Below the pieces are notes generated by a model. That model was not told the origin of the DNA. It saw only the letters and a list, made by a program, of their open reading frames with translations, and ran no database searches. Made by a program: the position numbers and the translations under genes. Of a DNA stretch of 64,000 nt, positions 20,082-27,693 are shown in pieces; the first letter of the stretch is position 1; each line of letters begins with the position of its first letter. The DNA lies in NCBI GenBank assembly GCA_035911175.1, contig JAMHWA010000009.1, positions 66,490 to 130,489 on the forward strand, written 5' to 3'. The DNA is from Alphaproteobacteria bacterium (GTDB lineage Bacteria > Pseudomonadota > Alphaproteobacteria > Rickettsiales > UBA3002).

Positions 20082-21448
20082 CGCGTAAAGCCGCGCCCTT
20101 TCAGGGATTCCCTTAGTTCTTTTACTTCTTCCTTGTATCTGCCTACGGAACTTGCATCTCTATCTTTAAAATCTTTATCATCTCTGTCGTAGACATCTAA
20201 GGCTCTGTGGCTACGTGGCATCCTCAGTTCTGCCATTTCACCCATCAAGGCAACACCGCGTTTGAGGGTCGAGATTGCTTTCTCTAGGCGCTCATCGTGG
20301 ATACCTTTGCCGATGATGCTGTATTGCGTATTTTTGAAGAGCGACTCGTGGTGTAGGGTTAGCTCTGTCTGCAAGTAGCGAAGCCGCGCGGCAACAGGGT
20401 TAAAATTATCCGCGTCTTCAGTTTTAATTACGGCGCGTGCGCGCGATACTTCAATATATTCGCTTAATAATCCGCGATAGTCTTTTACTGTAAAATCCGC
20501 GGCACTTTCTTTTTTGCCTGCACGTTTGATGAGCTGACTAAATTCGGGGTGCTGATAAATGCTACGCATGGCAGCGGCGACTTCATCAATGGCTTCAAGT
20601 GTGTAGCCAATTTTTGTTATAATGTTCCGGCGCGAATTAAGCTCGGATTCTGGATTAGAGGTTGTGGTTAAATGCTCGCCCCATAGAATTGGCTGAAGCG
20701 GTTTCGCAATCTCGCGGATGAGATCTGCGAATATACCATCATAGTCTGGTTTTCCATCACGCGTTTGCACACAGCGCACAATGTCCTTGTCCGTAAATGC
20801 AATTTTTGTCCATAGCGTGGTAAACTCTCGCTTAATCTCATCCATATGGGCGGTGACGTAAGCATCGTCATGCTCGAACTTAATGCCGTGTCTGTTGCCT
20901 TGGATAATGATGCAGCCTAGGCGCCCCAATCGGTTTACAGCATGGCCAACAAATTGGGCGCCTTGCGCCATTAACTGTAGTTCATCCTTGGCCATTTGAC
21001 GATAAGGCGTTGAAAAATTGAATGCAGGTAGCCCCTCGTAGTGACGCCTTAAATTGATTTCGCGAAGCTTGCTGTCGAATAGCTCGATCTCCAGCGCGAT
21101 TTGTGGACCAGTGCGGTTAATGTCGATTCCTGGTTCGGCCGAATAAAAAAATCGCTGTACGCGATCTTTCAGTAATTCTTCTTCTCGGCGCTTGTATTCG
21201 AGTTCATGAACTGGATAGCGCGGAATGAGATAACCGCTTTCAACAACGTATTCTCGCTTGATGAATTCATCTGGCTTATCGGGCGAAGCGTGCAGGAAGA
21301 TGTCAATCTCCTGCGAGCCTTCTCTTAGCCGTGCATTCGGGATGACGCTATCTGCCCGCTTGCCTGCGTAGCGCCAGTCTGGCAAATTTCCGATGCAAAG
21401 CCCATCATCCATTGCAGTATCATACACAATTGTCATCGGAGTGGTCAT
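20078..21448 (-). CDS. Hypothetical protein, 456 aa, no recognised domain
   Basis: Long ORF with ordinary amino-acid composition and a charged helical C-terminus. Start chosen at ATG 21448. Spot counts suggest it is AT-richer than its neighbours. Confidence 0.6.
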   Translation of the reverse strand: MTTPMTIVYDTAMDDGLCIGNLPDWRYAGKRADSVIPNARLREGSQEIDIFLHASPDKPDEFIKREYVVESGYLIPRYPVHELEYKRREEELLKDRVQRFFYSAEPGIDINRTGPQIALEIELFDSKLREINLRRHYEGLPAFNFSTPYRQMAKDELQLMAQGAQFVGHAVNRLGRLGCIIIQGNRHGIKFEHDDAYVTAHMDEIKREFTTLWTKIAFTDKDIVRCVQTRDGKPDYDGIFADLIREIAKPLQPILWGEHLTTTSNPESELNSRRNIITKIGYTLEAIDEVAAAMRSIYQHPEFSQLIKRAGKKESAADFTVKDYRGLLSEYIEVSRARAVIKTEDADNFNPVAARLRYLQTELTLHHESLFKNTQYSIIGKGIHDERLEKAISTLKRGVALMGEMAELRMPRSHRALDVYDRDDKDFKDRDASSVGRYKEEVKELRESLKGRGFTR

Positions 21449-21522
21449 GACAATTTCATGACAATTGCAGTGCAGCATAGGTAAGTGCTTGCAATTGGGC
21501 AAAAACAGCCTAAATAACCCGC

Positions 21523-22572
21523 ATGAACAAGGGATTAGCAATGGGATTAGAAGGGGCTGCTGGTGCGAATGTGCCGGCCGTGGCGGTCAACCGAACCATC
21601 CCCCACAATCTGGAGGAGGAAATCCTACGCCTGAAGCGCGAGATGAACGCGGTGATTCTGGCGCATTATTATCAGGAAGATGAGATTCAGGACATCGCCG
21701 ATATTATTGGCGATTCGCTGGAATTGGCGCGCAAAGCGGCGGAAACCAAGGCGGATGTGATTGTGTTCTGTGGCGTGAAATTCATGGCCGAGGGGGCGAA
21801 AATCCTCAACCCCACTAAAAAAGTGATTCTGCCAGATTTAAAAGCGGGTTGTAGCCTCGAGATTAGCTGCCCTGCGGACAGGTTTGCGGCGTTTAAGGCG
21901 CAGCACCCCGATCATATGGTGGTCAGCTACATCAATTGCTCGGCGGACATCAAGGCGCTGACGGATATTATTGTGACGAGCAGCAATGCCGAGGCCATCA
22001 TTAATTCGCTGCCTGCGGAGCAAAAAATCATCTTCGCGCCGGATAGGTTTTTAGGCAGCTACCTGAACAAAAAAACGGGTCGCTCCATGGTGCTGTGGGA
22101 TGGTTCCTGCATGGTGCATGAGCGCTTTAGCGAGAAAGAATTGGTGAAGCTGAAAACGGCCTATCCCAAGGCGCTCATCATTGCCCACCCCGAATGCCCC
22201 GAGACGCTGCTGAATTATGCCGATCATATCGGCTCGACCAGTAGCTTGCTGGCATTTACGGAGAAAAATCCCAACCGCGAGTATTTGGTGCTCACCGAAC
22301 CTGGCATTTTGCACCAGATGAAAAAGCGTTCGGCGGGTAGCACGTTCTATGGCGTGCCCAGTGCGCTGGATGGCGGTGCGTGCATTAGCTGTAACACGTG
22401 CGAGTTCATGAAAATGAACACGATGGAAAAGTTATATCTGTGCATGCGCGACCAATCGCCCGAGTTGACGCTCAGCCCCGAGTTGATTGCGGCGGCGCGC
22501 AAGCCGCTTGATCGTATGCTGGAGTTAAGCAAGGCGATTGCTAGCACCGCGATTGCAAAGCCGCATGCGTAG
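21523..22572 (+). CDS. nadA: Quinolinate synthase
   Basis: LRLKREMNAVILAHYYQEDEIQDIADIIGDSLELA, with conserved Cys in CPE and CISCNTC. The start could be 21523 or 21541. Confidence 0.93.
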   Translation: MNKGLAMGLEGAAGANVPAVAVNRTIPHNLEEEILRLKREMNAVILAHYYQEDEIQDIADIIGDSLELARKAAETKADVIVFCGVKFMAEGAKILNPTKKVILPDLKAGCSLEISCPADRFAAFKAQHPDHMVVSYINCSADIKALTDIIVTSSNAEAIINSLPAEQKIIFAPDRFLGSYLNKKTGRSMVLWDGSCMVHERFSEKELVKLKTAYPKALIIAHPECPETLLNYADHIGSTSSLLAFTEKNPNREYLVLTEPGILHQMKKRSAGSTFYGVPSALDGGACISCNTCEFMKMNTMEKLYLCMRDQSPELTLSPELIAAARKPLDRMLELSKAIASTAIAKPHA

Positions 22573-23248
22573 CTTTTTCAAAATTCTTGGCATTTTTTTC
22601 GCTCTCATAGTCCTGTGGCTGGCCGTGTGGATGCTGATGATGCGTGGGGATGTGGCGCGGGTGGAAGCGAGCCTGAAGCACCATAACGAGGCGTTTCGCA
22701 CCGCTAACACGTATGTGAATTTGAAGTATGATGATGTGCACGCAACGGGCTTTCCGTTTCGCTTTCAAGTCGCCGTGGTGCGCCCAACCCTCTCGATGGT
22801 GGATGGCGATGAGAGTTTTTCCGTTTCATTTGCCAAAGTGCTTTTGACGCCAACGGATGCAGGGCAGGGGCGCTACCGCGTGGATTTGCCGCCTGAGGTG
22901 GAGGCGCTGTATGGCAAAAATGGGGCGGTGCCGGAGCATTATTTCGTGAGTGCGGATGTGGTGCCACAGCTAAGTTTAAGCAGTGCTGATAGCAAAAAGC
23001 CATGTGGCCCTATGGTGGGCAAAACGTGTGAAGCGGTGGCAGCGGATGCACCACTCATCAGTTATGCGGTGGGGTTCCCTCCCTCCATCACCTTGACGAT
23101 GACACTGAACGGCGAGAGCCGCGCGGCGAGCTTCAAGCTGCCGTCGGTTCCGGTGCCTGTGTTCCAGCCCATCCCCTCGCAGGTGGCAGGTAGCTTGCAA
23201 TTATTTGTGGGCGTGCTGCGCGAGGCGCTGGTGTATAAAACCAAGTAA
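22565..23248 (+). CDS. N-terminally membrane-anchored protein, DUF2125-like
   Basis: TM helix ILGIFFALIVLWLAVWMLMM, then VNLKYDDVHATGFPFRFQVAVVRPTL, which resembles my recollection of DUF2125. ATG 22565 overlaps the nadA stop by 8 nt. Confidence 0.55.
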   Translation: MRSFFKILGIFFALIVLWLAVWMLMMRGDVARVEASLKHHNEAFRTANTYVNLKYDDVHATGFPFRFQVAVVRPTLSMVDGDESFSVSFAKVLLTPTDAGQGRYRVDLPPEVEALYGKNGAVPEHYFVSADVVPQLSLSSADSKKPCGPMVGKTCEAVAADAPLISYAVGFPPSITLTMTLNGESRAASFKLPSVPVPVFQPIPSQVAGSLQLFVGVLREALVYKTK

Positions 23249-23267
23249 ATCAATGGCTGCGCCACAG

Positions 23268-23287
23268 AATGTTTCACGTGAAACATT
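23268..23287. repeat. Perfect 20-bp palindrome AATGTTTCACGTGAAACATT between convergent genes
   Basis: Read directly from the sequence; it is self-complementary over all 20 nt. Confidence 0.9.
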
Positions 23288-23343
23288 TTGAACAAAATCA
23301 GTGACTTGCTGGTGTTTTAAGGGTGGTTTATACTTGTGGGCTT

Positions 23344-25110
23344 TTAATATGCCCGCACTTCGGGTGCGAAGCTTGGCTCATCCACCCCAGCGGTGAGGTG
23401 CACCGCGCGGGTGCTGTGGCGCGGGGCTTTATTTCCATCGACCCACACCAGCGAATGTTTCAGCCAGTTGGCATCATCACGCGTGGGGTAATCCTCACGT
23501 GCATGCGCGCCGCGTGACTCGGTGCGCTTCAAGGCGGCGAGCATGGTGGCGCGGCCTTGGGCGAGGAGGTTGTCGGTCTCGAGCGCGTGGATGAGGTCGA
23601 TATTCCATGCGCGCTTCGCGTCCGAAACAGTAAGCTTCTCGCTGGCGAGTTGTTCCAGCGTTGCAGTACCGCGCGCGAGGTCGTCCCCCGTGCGGTAAAT
23701 GGGCGCGTTATTGCTCATGGTGTGTTGCAGTGTGCGGCGGATGGTATAGCTGTTGGTTGCGCCTGAGCCAAAAAAGCTGCTGAGACGAGCGATGGATTTT
23801 TCCAAGGATGCATTCGCATTCGGTGCGGTTTTCGATTCAGGCTTGATGTTGTTCGCTGCCCAATCGCCGGCATCCTTACCAAACACGACTAAATCCAGAA
23901 GCGAGTTGCAGCCGAGGCGGTTCGCGCCGTGGCAGGAATTGTTGGCGGCTTCGCCAATCGCCATCAGGCCGTTGACGGTCGATTCCGTTCCATCCGACCC
24001 CACGCGGATGACGTGACTTTGCACATTGGCAGGAATGCCGCCCATGGAATAGTGCACCGTGGGCACGACGGGGATCATTTGTTGGCGTGGGTCGAGCTTC
24101 ATCAGCGTTTCGCATAGCGAAGTGATGTAGGGCAGTTTTTCCTCGAATACATTAGCGGGTAGGTGACGAAGGTCGAGCCAGAGATGGCCATCCGCTGCGC
24201 GGCCTGCGCGCATTTCCATTACCATGGCGCGGGCAATGACGTCGCGGCTGGCGAGTTCCATGCTGTGTGGGGCATAATGTTCGAGAAAGCGCTCGCCATT
24301 GGCGTTCTTCAAATAGCCGCCTTCGCCGCGCGCTCCCTCGGTGATGAGGATGCCACTGCCAGCCAAGCCCGTGGGGTGGAATTGTACAAATTCCATATCC
24401 TGAAGCGGTAGGCCTGCGCGCAGCACCATGGCGTTGCCATCGCCAGTGCAGAGGTTGGCGGCGGTGGTGGAGGCATAGACTTGGCCATAGCCGCCTGTCG
24501 CGATGATGGTGGCGGGGGCGTGGAAGGCGTGCAAATCACCTGTCGCAATTTCGAGGCAGAGAACGCCCGTGCACGCACCGTCATCGCTCATGATTAGATC
24601 GAGTGCGAAGAATTCGGAATAGAAGGTGATGGGGCGGTTGATGGCGCGCTTGAGCATCACCTGCATGATGGCTTGGCCAGTGCGGTCTTCGGCGGCGGCG
24701 GCGCGAAAGGCTGGGTCGCCACCATACTCGATGGTTTGGCCGCCATACGGGCGTTGGTAGATTTGGCCTTTTTCGTCGCGCGTGAAGGGGACGCCCCAAT
24801 CGGCGAGTTCGGTGATGGCGCGGGGGGCTTGCTCGCACAGGCGCGCAATGGCGTCTTGGTCACCCAGCCAATCGGAACCGCGCACGGTGTCGTACATGTG
24901 CCAACGCCAATCATCGGGCCCGCGAGTGCCAAGCGCGGCGTTGATGCCGCCTTGCGCCGCCATGGTGTGGCTGCGGCGGGGATCCACTTTAGAAATAACG
25001 CCCACGCGCAGGCCGCCCTCACTCGCCGCAATCGCCGCGCGCAAGCCAGCCCCTCCCGCGCCGATAATGGCGACGTCGAGGGTGTGGTGGGTGATGGGGT
25101 AGGCGGTCAT
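23344..25110 (-). CDS. Succinate dehydrogenase/fumarate reductase flavoprotein-subunit family protein (SdhA-type), stand-alone
   Basis: 588 aa. [15 protein letters not shown]; [10 protein letters not shown] (the covalent-FAD His motif of SdhA/FrdA); [23 protein letters not shown]; [11 protein letters not shown]; C-terminal [26 protein letters not shown] ... PEVRAY. Confidence 0.88.
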   Translation of the reverse strand: MTAYPITHHTLDVAIIGAGGAGLRAAIAASEGGLRVGVISKVDPRRSHTMAAQGGINAALGTRGPDDWRWHMYDTVRGSDWLGDQDAIARLCEQAPRAITELADWGVPFTRDEKGQIYQRPYGGQTIEYGGDPAFRAAAAEDRTGQAIMQVMLKRAINRPITFYSEFFALDLIMSDDGACTGVLCLEIATGDLHAFHAPATIIATGGYGQVYASTTAANLCTGDGNAMVLRAGLPLQDMEFVQFHPTGLAGSGILITEGARGEGGYLKNANGERFLEHYAPHSMELASRDVIARAMVMEMRAGRAADGHLWLDLRHLPANVFEEKLPYITSLCETLMKLDPRQQMIPVVPTVHYSMGGIPANVQSHVIRVGSDGTESTVNGLMAIGEAANNSCHGANRLGCNSLLDLVVFGKDAGDWAANNIKPESKTAPNANASLEKSIARLSSFFGSGATNSYTIRRTLQHTMSNNAPIYRTGDDLARGTATLEQLASEKLTVSDAKRAWNIDLIHALETDNLLAQGRATMLAALKRTESRGAHAREDYPTRDDANWLKHSLVWVDGNKAPRHSTRAVHLTAGVDEPSFAPEVRAY

Positions 25111-25133
25111 TTGCTCTGCATTGGTAAAAATGG

Positions 25134-25157
25134 ATTCCAGCTTTCGCTGGAATGACG
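25134..25157. repeat. REP-like palindromic element, copy 2 (ATTCCAGCTTTCGCTGGAATGACG)
   Basis: Hairpin ATTCCAGC-TTTC-GCTGGAAT. Shares the core ATTCC(A/T)GCTTTCGC with the copies at 35947 and 45837. Confidence 0.7.
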
Positions 25158-25196
25158 TAGATAGCTGATGAGTTAATTAGTGACTAAGGCGCATTT

Positions 25197-26048
25197 ATGC
25201 AATCACCCATCGATATTACTTCGCTTTTAAACGCGGCGCTGGCCGAGGATATTGGCACGGGCGACATCACTAGTTTGGCGACCATTCCAGTGGAAGCCAC
25301 CGCGCGCTTTGCGATGAATGCGCGGGCGGAGATGGTAGCCTGTGGCCTTGTGTTTCTGCCAGAATTGATGGCGATGGTGGATGCGAGCGTGCGGGTGGAG
25401 ATTAAGGTGGAGGAGGGCGCGAAAGTGAGCGCTGGCACCACACTTGCCGCCCTGACTGGCCCTGCGCGCGCGCTGCTTTCGGGCGAACGGGTGGCGCTGA
25501 ATTTGGTACAGCAGCTTTCGGGCGTGGCGACGCTGACGCGGCAGTATGTGGATGCAGTGGCGGGCACGGGCGCGACGATTTTGGACACGCGCAAAACATG
25601 GCTAGGCATGCGCACCGCGCAGAAATATGCCGTGAAGTGCGGCGGTGGGCAGAACCACCGCATGGGGCTTTTTGATGCGGTGCTGATTAAGGATAACCAC
25701 ATTGCGGTGGCAGGTGGCGTGGCGGCGGCGGTGAGCGCGGCGCGGGCGTATGACGCGAACAAATCCATCGAGGTGGAGTGCGACACCCTAGCGCAGCTCG
25801 ATGAAGCGCTGGCGGCGGGGGTGGATAGTGTGCTGCTTGATAATATGAGTAACGAGCAGCTGCGCGAGGCAGTGGCCAAGGTGCGCATGCACAATGCGGC
25901 CACGAAGCAGGCAGTGAAAACCGAGGCCAGCGGCAATGTGAGCCTTGCCACCGTGCGCGCGATTGCGGAAACGGGCGTGGATTATATCAGCGTCGGCAAG
26001 CTCACCCATTCTGCCGTGGCGGTGGATGTGGGGCTGGATGAGGTTTAG
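25197..26048 (+). CDS. nadC: Nicotinate-nucleotide pyrophosphorylase (carboxylating)
   Basis: LAEDIGTGDITS; ERVALNLVQQLSGVAT; DTRKT; GGGQNHRMGL; IEVECDTL; ML(L)DNM. Confidence 0.93.
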   Translation: MQSPIDITSLLNAALAEDIGTGDITSLATIPVEATARFAMNARAEMVACGLVFLPELMAMVDASVRVEIKVEEGAKVSAGTTLAALTGPARALLSGERVALNLVQQLSGVATLTRQYVDAVAGTGATILDTRKTWLGMRTAQKYAVKCGGGQNHRMGLFDAVLIKDNHIAVAGGVAAAVSAARAYDANKSIEVECDTLAQLDEALAAGVDSVLLDNMSNEQLREAVAKVRMHNAATKQAVKTEASGNVSLATVRAIAETGVDYISVGKLTHSAVAVDVGLDEV

Positions 26049-26054
26049 TAAGCC

Positions 26055-26495
26055 CTAGTGACGATAGTGGTGCCCGCCATAGCCGCGGCGGTAATGGCCG
26101 CCAGAGCCGAACTCGATGCTGAAACCACTGCGCGCATAAGGGTATCCGTAGGGGCGATGATAGTAAGGTTCTGGCTCATAATAGATGGGTGGCGGCACGA
26201 CATAAACAGGCTGCGAAACGTAACGCGGTGGCTCGATATATTCGATATCCTCCGCATCCGCTTGTTGCTCAACATTACTTGGCAGGATTTTCCATGAGCC
26301 ATCAGGCTGCATGCAGGCGGTGCCGTAACTTTCCTGCTTGCGACCTGCGACGGTCACCATCTGTTGGTATTCGCGGCAATAGGTGCCATTATGGTCGGTT
26401 TTGGGGATGCGTTGCATCGCCACAGGCTGGGCAAGCGCCGCCGAACCGCTGAGGCTGATGGTGGCGACGATAATGAGCGAACGGAGATGGTTCAT
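26055..26495 (-). CDS. Secreted surface-antigen-like protein (17-kDa antigen / COG4520-like core) with a Tyr/Pro/Gly/His/Arg-rich tail
   Basis: Signal peptide ending ALAQP. The core GTYCREYQQMVTVAGRKQESYGTACMQPDGSWKI matches the YCREY...G.AC.QPDGSW pattern. The tail is low-complexity. Confidence 0.65.
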   Translation of the reverse strand: MNHLRSLIIVATISLSGSAALAQPVAMQRIPKTDHNGTYCREYQQMVTVAGRKQESYGTACMQPDGSWKILPSNVEQQADAEDIEYIEPPRYVSQPVYVVPPPIYYEPEPYYHRPYGYPYARSGFSIEFGSGGHYRRGYGGHHYRH

Positions 26496-26569
26496 AATGA
26501 GTCCATTAGTTGTTGCGTGCCATCAGGCATACAGTGGCTATATGAACTCAAGATGATGCGTTAGATTAA

Positions 26570-27097
26570 TTATCGCAAATTCGCTGCGGCGGCATTCATA
26601 CGCGCTTTAGCGGCGCTGAGGCTGCTGCGGCGACCCAAACCAATTTGCTTGGCGAGGTTGCTGCGTACTTTTGCATAGTTGGGGGCAACCATGGGGTAGG
26701 TGGCTGGCAGATCCCAGCGGGCGCGGTATTGCTCGGGGCTCATGCCATAGGCGGTTTTGAGGTGGCGCTTGAGCATTTTCACGCGCTTGCCATCTTCCAA
26801 ACATACTAGGTAATCGGCCTTTACGGATTCTTCGACCGAAACAACCGGCTTGCGGCTGTTGCCACCCGTCGGTGCGCTTGCATTCGCTGCGGCATCGGCG
26901 CTGGCGAGGCTGCGCAGCGTTGCGTAGACATCCGTGGTGAGGGCGGTGAGGTTCAGCTCCTCGGCGCCGCGATTCGCAATATAAGCGCTCACGATTTGCG
27001 AGGTAGCGGCAAGCAATACATCGTGATTGATGGTGGCGGGTGCTGCGTCGCTGGCGTTGTTTGCCGCGAGCGCGAGTGAGCGCGATTTGTTTTTCAT
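26570..27097 (-). CDS. mucR: Ros/MucR-family transcriptional regulator (variant zinc-ligand set)
   Basis: LVCLEDGKRVKMLKRHLKTAYGMSPEQYRARWDLPATYPMVAPNYAKVRSNLAKQIGLG aligns with A. tumefaciens Ros [43 protein letters not shown]. Confidence 0.9.
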   Translation of the reverse strand: MKNKSRSLALAANNASDAAPATINHDVLLAATSQIVSAYIANRGAEELNLTALTTDVYATLRSLASADAAANASAPTGGNSRKPVVSVEESVKADYLVCLEDGKRVKMLKRHLKTAYGMSPEQYRARWDLPATYPMVAPNYAKVRSNLAKQIGLGRRSSLSAAKARMNAAAANLR

Positions 27098-27134
27098 GGT
27101 TGCTTGCCTTTAAGGTAACGGGTTGCCGATTGTT

Positions 27135-27150
27135 GAATGATTGTTCATTC
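27135..27150. promoter_or_regulatory. Fur-box-like inverted repeat GAATGA-TTGT-TCATTC in the mucR-fur divergent region
   Basis: Contains AATGAT and TTCATT hexamers similar to the halves of the classical Fur box. It lies 115 nt upstream of the fur ATG. Confidence 0.3.
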
Positions 27151-27264
27151 TATTTTGTATTATTTGGCATTTACTAGTATATCGGGGGATAACCGTCAAG
27201 TTTCCTTAACAAAAATGTCGAAAGGCTTGCCCTTCGGTGACAATTGGGCTTAGGTGCGACCCCT

Positions 27265-27684
27265 ATGCCAAGCGTATTAGAGAAGAAATGCATTGAAAAA
27301 GGCCTGAAAATGACCGAGCAGCGGCGGGTTATTGCCCGTGTGCTGTCGGATGCAGATGACCACCCCGATGTGGAAGCGCTGTATGCACGGGCAGTTAAAA
27401 TTGATAATAAGATAAGTATTGCAACGGTTTACCGCACGGTGAAGCTGTTCGAGGATGCGCATATTATCGAGCGCCACGATTTTGGCGATGGCCGCGCTCG
27501 TTATGAGGAAATGCCTGAGCAGCACCACGATCATTTGATTGATTTACGAAGCGGTAAGGTGGTGGAATTCACCAATGCCGAAATAGAGAAACTGCAGGAA
27601 AAAATCGCCCGCGAGCTTGGCTACAAGCTGGTGGATCACCGGCTGGAACTATTCTGTGTTCCGCTCGATGACACGGCGAGTTAA
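27265..27684 (+). CDS. fur: Fur-family metalloregulator (alphaproteobacterial Fur/Mur type)
   Basis: GLKMTEQRRVIARVLSDADDHPDVEALYARAVKIDNKISIATVYRTVKLFEDAHIIERHDFGDGRARYEEMPEQHHDHLIDL. There is no CxxC pair, as in Mur-like proteins. Confidence 0.9.
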   Translation: MPSVLEKKCIEKGLKMTEQRRVIARVLSDADDHPDVEALYARAVKIDNKISIATVYRTVKLFEDAHIIERHDFGDGRARYEEMPEQHHDHLIDLRSGKVVEFTNAEIEKLQEKIARELGYKLVDHRLELFCVPLDDTAS

Positions 27685-27693
27685 GAAGGGCTC

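Noticed and set aside
25184-25951. 255-aa ORF antisense to nadC.
   Set aside because: It has Ala/Ser/Cys-rich low-complexity composition typical of a shadow ORF in GC-rich coding DNA. The opposite strand encodes an unambiguous NadC.
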